Shown here: in pieces, positions 58,601 to 64,000 of the stretch
Layout of the letters: each line of letters starts with the position of its first letter
Position numbering within the stretch: position 1 is the first letter of the stretch
Assembly (NCBI GenBank): GCA_965222115.1
Contig: CBDCTJ010000007.1
Coordinates: 192,001 to 256,000 of the forward strand
Reading direction: 5' to 3'
DNA from: Planctomycetota bacterium
Lineage (GTDB): Bacteria; Planctomycetota; PLA2; JAEUHO01
DNA length: 64,000 nt
Translations under genes and position numbers: made by a program
The notes under the pieces: generated by a model
Database searches by the model: none
Told to the model about the DNA's origin: nothing
The model's input: only the letters and a program-made list of their open reading frames with translations

Positions 58601-58900
58601 TCGTCAGGCAAGGTGGCGGTTTGGAAGAGCGACGCGGGGGTCGTCGCCCTTTACAAAGACACGAACGTGCCCAAAGTGGTTTCTGGACTCCCCACGCATG
58701 TCGCCGAGCTCTTGCTGGTCGATGACACGCTCTATGCCGTTGAGGAAGGCGGGCAAGCCGTCATGGCCGTCTCACTCAAGGCCCCCAATGCGCCGCTCTG
58801 GCGTTGTCCGCTTCCGCACGTGGCTACCGGGACCCTAACGGCGTCGGGCCCCCATCTCTTGGTGGTCACCGAGTCGGGTTTGGCCGTCATCGAACGCTAG
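55610..58900 (+). CDS. DUF4388 + TPR + TM + PEGA + PQQ-like beta-propeller protein
   Basis: LKGTLDTFSLQELLQML....KVGTL (DUF4388), VDGVRTVRQI, YRRALRLDP, TM LLIPVLLAAAGIAGW, VTSTPPDAEIYV.G...GLRTP (PEGA), GLDAKTGGLAW. Confidence 0.85.
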   Translation: MSLKGTLDTFSLQELLQMLAFNQKVGTLVLETASGTAALYLSRGRVSFFASDPVVSEWMGRLAKRTCRQPRRLDQAIRDQKESRRYMGNILLQMRLFTEQEVRDLYTDVAADRIFHIQSQEIHSFEFREGISVGPDGSASTPLDPLMQVDALLLDLTRKMDHWASYREQITSLDEVYEQSGEAWEPTSLGDVDPGRAHAVAHAVDGVRTVRQIAEASGVDLFTTVQALIALLDQGAIRVASTAGLYDRAQRVMEEGDARTGASLLGALAGRQDAPMDAALLEAEAYESLGEDRLAATAMERYANAEHQDPEHRYRALYKAASLRENDLASWLTVCDAYLQRRDVLYAVRESAAEAVHIAARLSLEESRPHDAATRLQAFVDLGDVRSEDRVLLADLYAASDDISAAAKTLCAHGDDILAAGRPGAALAVYRRALRLDPQCKYARKRVGTLEPSMTVPRRSTLRRTLPTLLIPVLLAAAGIAGWNAMKQTDETVDLVADRSKTLVARADDRGAALITSFQKHVDAAAVKEDGYDALVKEATHLRERVAEAMATDDGEIEAMAKSLDNARRGGTSVAEQIREALRECQARADARVTKVLGALKIRCEHALHKGKKAHAEGNFTDAHGLLLEAQSLSVHNEDVHLQAEAQFAAVSRYLKKFEDVRNAMEHAEVAGDLQQAYATGIEGIRELLDSDVTRSLRFPVQVTSTPPDAEIYVGGVDTGLRTPTVIHYSPMSEDTFLKVRLPGYTTFEVELPTLSHATRPESTAHEWKNVVDCTLAPGPSAVVHSRVSPTLTHVWSSGEQSFVLGSEGHVIFAVDTQRSRLVQHTSTPAHASAFVNAGAMSDGYQWTFSDDETLEVHRGDGLTWRRRLSTPMVGAPVLRREIVLVLTASGAVLGLDAKTGGLAWQHALPSRPRHGLRRTTAGATVTTVRGEVFQFHAGTGVCDSIAPARDERAGSVRLGRGVLVVGSGKGGLQFFRSAGRPTVLKHTRRVTGHQLVSSGKVAVWKSDAGVVALYKDTNVPKVVSGLPTHVAELLLVDDTLYAVEEGGQAVMAVSLKAPNAPLWRCPLPHVATGTLTASGPHLLVVTESGLAVIER

Positions 58901-59012
58901 TCCGGGCTAGTCAGCCCAAAAGCTCACGGTTTGCGACGAAACGGCCGATAGGGCACTGGCCGCGTGGGCAGCGGGCACGGATCTGCTGCCTGGAGCGGCC
59001 AGGAGATTCCCG

Positions 59013-60107
59013 GTGGGACTACTTAGCACCCTATTTGGCGGCCGCAAGGTCGAGCACTATCTGAGGCGCAGCCGCGAGCGACTTGCCATGGGTCGCCTGG
59101 AAGATGCAACCCGCGTCATTGAGGCGGGTCTGGAGCGCTTTCCGGGCGCACACTCGCTACGTGAAGTGCAGTTGGCCATTCGCCGCACGCAGGCGCGCGA
59201 TGCTATGCGTGATCTCAAGAGCCGCATTGAAGCCGATGCGGATCCGATCGCGTTCGAGCAACTCATTAAGCTGTACCGCGAAACGGAAATGCCGGCGGAG
59301 GCGCTCCGCGCGGCGTCGCAATACACAGCGGCCCACCCCGACAGCGATACACCCCATCTCTTGTTGGGCGAAATGTACCTCGGTCGATTCTTTGAAGACG
59401 TGGACGCGCGTTCGGGACTCCATGCCCATCAACACTTGCGTCGCGCACGTCAAATCAACGCCGATGCGCTAAAGCCTTTGTTGCTGTTGGCGGAGTTGTA
59501 CTACTGCGTGGACGCACCGCGCCGCCTGGCCATGGTGGCGCGCGACTTGCGGGCCATCGGAACGGGCGATGAACACGTATCGTCGGTACTGGAGACCATT
59601 GAGCCTCACAGTGACTTGGATCAGGAGCTTCGCGCCGACAGCCATTTCGAACGCATTGAAGTGGACGGTGTATTTCCTCGCGACCCCTCGACATGGCCCC
59701 TGCGTACGCATCGCAACCGCGGCGCCATCATGCAAGAAGAGCGCGCCAACCGCGCGGTACGTTCCCTGGTGTCAAAGAACGCCGTGGAAGAGGTCGCCAT
59801 TCTTCGAACCAACGGCGCCGTCATCGCCTACCGCAGCAAGCACGAGGCGGATCCCGACGACGAACAAGACCCCGCCTTGGTTGCGATTGCCCGCCATGTC
59901 AACAAAACGGTATCGCGCTATGCGCGGGAGTTTGACCTCGGCGCCTTCAAGCGTTGCACCGTATTGGGGCCGGAAGGGCATCTCATCGTGGGCCGCGTCG
60001 GCAACGTGGTGGCAGGCGCGCGCGCACGCACGTCGGTCGAAGCCGGACGCGTATGGGACCGCGTACGCATTCGACTCGAAGGCGCACTCAAGGGAGCGGA
60101 CGCATGA
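59013..60107 (+). CDS. TPR protein with a C-terminal roadblock/LC7-like domain
   Basis: TPR-like N-terminus; C-terminal VEEVAILRTNGAVI...AREFDLGAFKRCTVLGPEGHLIV. Confidence 0.72.
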   Translation: MGLLSTLFGGRKVEHYLRRSRERLAMGRLEDATRVIEAGLERFPGAHSLREVQLAIRRTQARDAMRDLKSRIEADADPIAFEQLIKLYRETEMPAEALRAASQYTAAHPDSDTPHLLLGEMYLGRFFEDVDARSGLHAHQHLRRARQINADALKPLLLLAELYYCVDAPRRLAMVARDLRAIGTGDEHVSSVLETIEPHSDLDQELRADSHFERIEVDGVFPRDPSTWPLRTHRNRGAIMQEERANRAVRSLVSKNAVEEVAILRTNGAVIAYRSKHEADPDDEQDPALVAIARHVNKTVSRYAREFDLGAFKRCTVLGPEGHLIVGRVGNVVAGARARTSVEAGRVWDRVRIRLEGALKGADA

Positions 60108-60460
60108 AGACCATCCTCAATGAGCTGACGGAGTCGATTTCTTCGCGCGGCGCCATCGTCATGCTGGAAGACGGCATGGTGGTCTGTGCGGACATTCGCG
60201 ACGGGCCCGCCGAAGATCGCTTGGCCGCCTTGGGTGCCGCGATCTTGCGAGAGCTCGGTACGAGCCTGCGAAGCGCAGGCGTCAAGGAGTTCCGCCAAAT
60301 CGAAATTGCGGCGGAACACGGCAAAGTGATTCTTGCCGAAGCAGGCGCGACGTTCTTGTTGGTGCTGTTGGGACCACAAATCGAAATTGGGCCCGCCAGC
60401 ATCGAGATTCAGAGTGCAGCCGCGAAGTTGGCCAAGCTGGCCGAGTTCGCCACCGCGTAG
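60104..60460 (+). CDS. Roadblock/LC7 protein (MglC-like)
   Basis: ATGA overlap with the upstream gene; GAIVMLEDGMVV, DRLAALGA, QIEIAAEHGKVIL. Confidence 0.88.
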   Translation: MKTILNELTESISSRGAIVMLEDGMVVCADIRDGPAEDRLAALGAAILRELGTSLRSAGVKEFRQIEIAAEHGKVILAEAGATFLLVLLGPQIEIGPASIEIQSAAAKLAKLAEFATA

Positions 60461-60583
60461 GGACTGATCGCCGAGTCCAAAATACAACAAGACATTCAGT
60501 GAACAGAGAAGCCCGGTCGAAAAGAGTAGTGACCTCGCGCACGGACAGCCGGCGCGAACTCAAACTGTTGGAGTTGCGATACG

Positions 60584-61618
60584 ATGGTTCAAATCAACTT
60601 CGCACAAAAAGAGATTCAGTGCAAAATCGTGTACTACGGCCCGGGCATGTCGGGCAAGACCACGAACCTCGAACTTGTACACGGCAAGGTGCCCGATGAT
60701 CACCGTGGCGAGTTGACGTCCATCGCAACGACGGGGGAGCGTACGCTCTACTTTGACTACATGCCATTGGATCTGGGACAGATCGCGGGTATCCGTACAA
60801 AGTTCCAGCTCTATACGGTTCCCGGTCAAATCTATTACAAGTCCACACGTCGCTTGGTGTTGCAAGGCGTGGACGGCATTGTGTTCGTCGCCGACTCAAG
60901 CGAAGCCAAGTTGCGCGAGAATTTGGAGTCGCTGCAAGACCTCGAAGAGAACTTGCGCGAGATGGGCAAGTCGATTCACGACGTGCCGATTGTGATTCAA
61001 TACAACAAGCGTGACTTGCCGGACGCCATGTCGGTGGAAGATCTACAGCGGGAAGTCAATCCGCACGGTTTCCCTCATACCGAGGCGATCGCAACGAGTG
61101 GTGAGGGCATTTTCCCAACACTCAAGACGCTTGCTGGCATGGTGCTGGAGTCGGTCAACGCGGGCGGCCTGACGCCGCCACGCCCCAAGGTCAAGGCCAA
61201 GCCCAAGGAAGAGAGTCCGGAACCGGTCGCGGTCGCAAGTGGAGCGCCTGGTACCACTGCCGCCGCAGCGACGCAATCGTCCAGTGCGGGTGGACTCAAA
61301 ATTCAACGACCCACGGGGGGAGCACCCGCCGCAACCACGACTGCGTCGGCCAACACCAAGGCGGTCGCAAAGGGCTCGCGAGCAAGCCACGCCCCGCGTG
61401 GTGTCGGCAGGCCCATGCCGTCGTCAAGCAACAACGGGAGTTCGGTGGTGCCCCAACCACCGTCGCCCGCTCAATCCACTCCGCGTCAATTGGAAGACCG
61501 CGTCATCCGTGTGGATGGCCTGCGGCGAGCACGTGGAGGCAACAACAAAGTGGCATTGATTGCGGGGCTGGCGCTACTGATCGCCGGTGTTGCCTACTTC
61601 ATTGCGACGCAGCTTTAG
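60584..61618 (+). CDS. mglA: MglA-family small GTPase with a disordered extension and C-terminal TM anchor
   Basis: KIVYYGPGMSGKTTNL, ERTLYFD, LYTVPGQ, GVDGIVFVADS, QYNKRDL; tail VALIAGLALLIAGVAYFIATQL. Confidence 0.93.
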   Translation: MVQINFAQKEIQCKIVYYGPGMSGKTTNLELVHGKVPDDHRGELTSIATTGERTLYFDYMPLDLGQIAGIRTKFQLYTVPGQIYYKSTRRLVLQGVDGIVFVADSSEAKLRENLESLQDLEENLREMGKSIHDVPIVIQYNKRDLPDAMSVEDLQREVNPHGFPHTEAIATSGEGIFPTLKTLAGMVLESVNAGGLTPPRPKVKAKPKEESPEPVAVASGAPGTTAAAATQSSSAGGLKIQRPTGGAPAATTTASANTKAVAKGSRASHAPRGVGRPMPSSSNNGSSVVPQPPSPAQSTPRQLEDRVIRVDGLRRARGGNNKVALIAGLALLIAGVAYFIATQL

Positions 61619-61644
61619 ACGAAGAGACTCGTAGAGGACTCATC

Positions 61645-62172
61645 ATGACCAGCCGAACCGACAAGAGCATTCGCGACGATGCGTTGATCTTCTATCAAGA
61701 AGACATTGACGCACTGAACGCCATTCTCGATGCATTCCTCAAGAAGAGCGCAGCCAAGTCTGCGTTGCTCGTTGACAAGGACGGGCACATGATCACGTCA
61801 CGCGGCGACACCGAGAACACGGATCTCGACACGATCTCGGCACTGGTCGCAGGATCCTTTGCCGCCACACGCGCGCTCGCTCACCAGTTTGGCGAAAAGG
61901 ACTTCACCGCGCTCTTCCATCAGGGCCGCAGCGAAAGCATGCAGCTCGCCCTGGTTGGGGATCGCGCACTCTTGACCGCGCTGTTTGACGACAACACGAC
62001 CATCGGCATGGTGCGCCTTTACGCCACGGAAGCCGCACGTCGCTTGACGCAACTCTTTGAACAGAAGCGCGAACGCGAGCGCGCAGCGGTCCCCGCAGGC
62101 GGCGATCGCGACAACGGCGCCTTCAAGGAGGGTGCAAGCGGCGCGCTCGACGAGGTGTTTGGCGACGCCTAG
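61645..62172 (+). CDS. mglB: MglB (GTPase-activating roadblock protein)
   Basis: LVDKDGHMI, LDTISALVAGSFAAT, EKDFTALFHQG, FDDNTTIGMVRL, C-terminal ALDEVFG. Confidence 0.92.
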   Translation: MTSRTDKSIRDDALIFYQEDIDALNAILDAFLKKSAAKSALLVDKDGHMITSRGDTENTDLDTISALVAGSFAATRALAHQFGEKDFTALFHQGRSESMQLALVGDRALLTALFDDNTTIGMVRLYATEAARRLTQLFEQKRERERAAVPAGGDRDNGAFKEGASGALDEVFGDA

Positions 62173-62195
62173 TCGAGACGGCACAAGACCCACCG

Positions 62196-62235
62196 GAGCC
62201 GCGCGCGATTCTCGTGCGCGGCTCTTCGCGTTTTT
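62196..62235 (+). terminator. Intrinsic terminator after mglB
   Basis: 13-bp stem GAGCCGCGCGCGA-TTC-TCGTGCGCGGCTC followed by TTCGCGTTTTT. Confidence 0.7.
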
Positions 62236-62301
62236 GGCCTCGAATGGCCAACCCTCTGAAAGGGGTTGCCGTCTGTCGGGGCTTGCCGGTTGAATCCCGG
62301 C

Positions 62302-63540
62302 ATGAATGCACCCTCCAAGATTCCGGTTCAAGGCGCCGTGGTGGAACTCGACGGCGATGAAATGACGCGCATTGTCTGGCAGTTCATTCGCGAGAAGCTG
62401 ATCCTGCCCTACCTCGACATCAAGTTGATCTACTTTGACTTGGGCATGGAACATCGCGACGCCACCGACGACAAGGTCACGTTGGACGCCGCGAACGCCA
62501 TTTTGGAACACAACGTGGGCGTGAAGTGCGCCACGATCACACCCGATGAAGCGCGCGTGGAAGAGTTTGGCCTCAAGAAGATGTGGAAGAGTCCCAACGG
62601 AACCATTCGCAATCACTTGGGCGGTACCGTGTTTCGGGAACCGATTCTCTGCGGCAACGTGCCGCGACTGGTGCCGGGCTGGACCAAGCCCATCGTCATT
62701 GGTCGCCACGCCCACGCGGATCAGTACAAGGCAACCGACTTTGTGGTTCCCGGGCCCGGTACGCTGCGCGTTTCCTTTGAGCCCAGCGATGGCGGCCAAC
62801 CCATCAACGAAGAAGTCTATACGTTCGACGCCGGCGGTTGCGCCATGGCGATGTACAACACCGACGCGTCCATTCGCGACTTCGCCCGTTCGTGCATGAC
62901 CGTGGCACTGCGCAAAGGATGGCCGCTGTACCTATCCACCAAGAACACCATTCTCAAAGCCTACGACGGACGCTTCAAAGACCTCTTCCAGGAAGTCTTC
63001 GACGCCGAGTATGCCAAGTCCTTCAAAGACGCGGGACTCACGTACGAACACCGGCTGATCGATGACATGGTGGCGCAAGCACTGAAGTGGAACGGCGGCT
63101 TCGTGTGGGCCTGCAAGAACTACGACGGCGATGTGCAGTCCGACACCCTGGCGCAAGGTTTCGGTTCGCTGGGACTCATGACGTCGGTCTTGGTGTGCCC
63201 CGACGGCAAGACGATTGAAGCAGAGGCAGCACACGGCACCGTCACGCGTCACTACCGCCTGCATCAACAGGGGAAGAAGACGAGCACGAATCCTATTGCA
63301 TCCATCTTTGCGTGGACGCGCGGCCTCGCCCATCGCGGCAAACTCGACGGCAACGACGCCTTAGTCAAATTTGCCGAGTCCCTCGAAGCCGTGTGCGTCG
63401 AATCAGTCGAAGCCGGCAAGATGACCAAGGACTTGGCGCTGTTGATTCATGGTGAGAGCATGAACGACAGCCATTGGCTCACCACTGAGGAATACCTTGC
63501 CGTGGTGGACGAGGGCTTGCGCGCGAAGATGTCTGCCTAG
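62302..63540 (+). CDS. icd: NADP-dependent isocitrate dehydrogenase (eukaryote-like type)
   Basis: [64 protein letters not shown]. Confidence 0.97.
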   Translation: MNAPSKIPVQGAVVELDGDEMTRIVWQFIREKLILPYLDIKLIYFDLGMEHRDATDDKVTLDAANAILEHNVGVKCATITPDEARVEEFGLKKMWKSPNGTIRNHLGGTVFREPILCGNVPRLVPGWTKPIVIGRHAHADQYKATDFVVPGPGTLRVSFEPSDGGQPINEEVYTFDAGGCAMAMYNTDASIRDFARSCMTVALRKGWPLYLSTKNTILKAYDGRFKDLFQEVFDAEYAKSFKDAGLTYEHRLIDDMVAQALKWNGGFVWACKNYDGDVQSDTLAQGFGSLGLMTSVLVCPDGKTIEAEAAHGTVTRHYRLHQQGKKTSTNPIASIFAWTRGLAHRGKLDGNDALVKFAESLEAVCVESVEAGKMTKDLALLIHGESMNDSHWLTTEEYLAVVDEGLRAKMSA

Positions 63541-63661
63541 GAGCGTGTCCCCAAATCAGCCAAAGGCGGCTTCGCGTACACCCTCCTAGATGGTGAAGAA
63601 GAGTCTTCATGGATGAGGGAGCCAATTGGTACGTTGCGGCATGAGCCTGTTCGAACGAGGG

Positions 63662-64000
63662 CTAATGCCCGCCGGCGCTGGGTCCCGTGCTGTAGACAAA
63701 ATCGTAGAGATAGACCTCGCCGCCGTGAGTCACGTATTGCATAACGAGTTCACGGTTCATGGTCATGGCGCCGGCCACGTAACTTGAAATGGACAGCCCT
63801 CCGGTAATATCGATCGCAACGCGTCGCTGCACGCCGACGCGAGCCCGCATGAACTTTGCCCAGTGACCTGCTGTGCTCTCCACGGCATGCCCGTCCTGAA
63901 AGTCAATCGCGTTGGGATCGGCTTCCACCGTGACGTCTGGTCGATAGAGCTTGATCATGGCTTGGCACGCGGGGAGATCCTTGTGCGACCCGCGAGGCCC
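63662..64000 (-). CDS. Hypothetical protein, probably 5'-truncated by the window edge
   Basis: Frame of ORF 63662..63958 stays open to position 64000. Confidence 0.5.
   Translation of the reverse strand, partial: GPRGSHKDLPACQAMIKLYRPDVTVEADPNAIDFQDGHAVESTAGHWAKFMRARVGVQRRVAIDITGGLSISSYVAGAMTMNRELVMQYVTHGGEVYLYDFVYSTGPSAGGH

Overview
GC-rich (estimated by eye at ~60-65%) bacterial chromosome segment, most likely from a Planctomycetota member (DUF1549/DUF1553 + DUF1501 pair, prenyltransferase-like repeat protein, carboxypeptidase-regulatory-like membrane proteins). It holds about 50 CDSs and one tRNA-Val(UAC). Housekeeping genes include lpxD, mtnP, arfB, two RluA-family synthases, pepN, mogA/moaB, alkA and icd. 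Highlights: (1) two genes that the ORF track splits at an in-frame UGA sitting exactly on the catalytic Cys, each followed by a SECIS-like hairpin, i.e. probable selenoproteins (an exported MsrA, GUFW, and an AhpD/CMD peroxidase, CxxU). They flank a Fur-boxed TonB-dependent receptor operon. (2) An expanded MglA/MglB polarity-type operon: a DUF4388-TPR-TM-PEGA-propeller protein, a TPR-roadblock protein, two roadblock proteins and an MglA GTPase with a C-terminal membrane anchor. (3) Two lower-GC accessory cassettes. One is ECF-like sigma / jelly-roll-like small protein / Cys-Pro-rich protein / anchored protein. The other is TPR-Zn protein / 13-bp repeats / 12-Cys secreted protein / MauE / anchored protein. 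Also seen: a TetR double operator, dispersed eboE/eboB genes, and secreted repeat proteins. No CRISPR array, integrase or transposase was seen. All family assignments come from motif recognition by eye, not from database searches.
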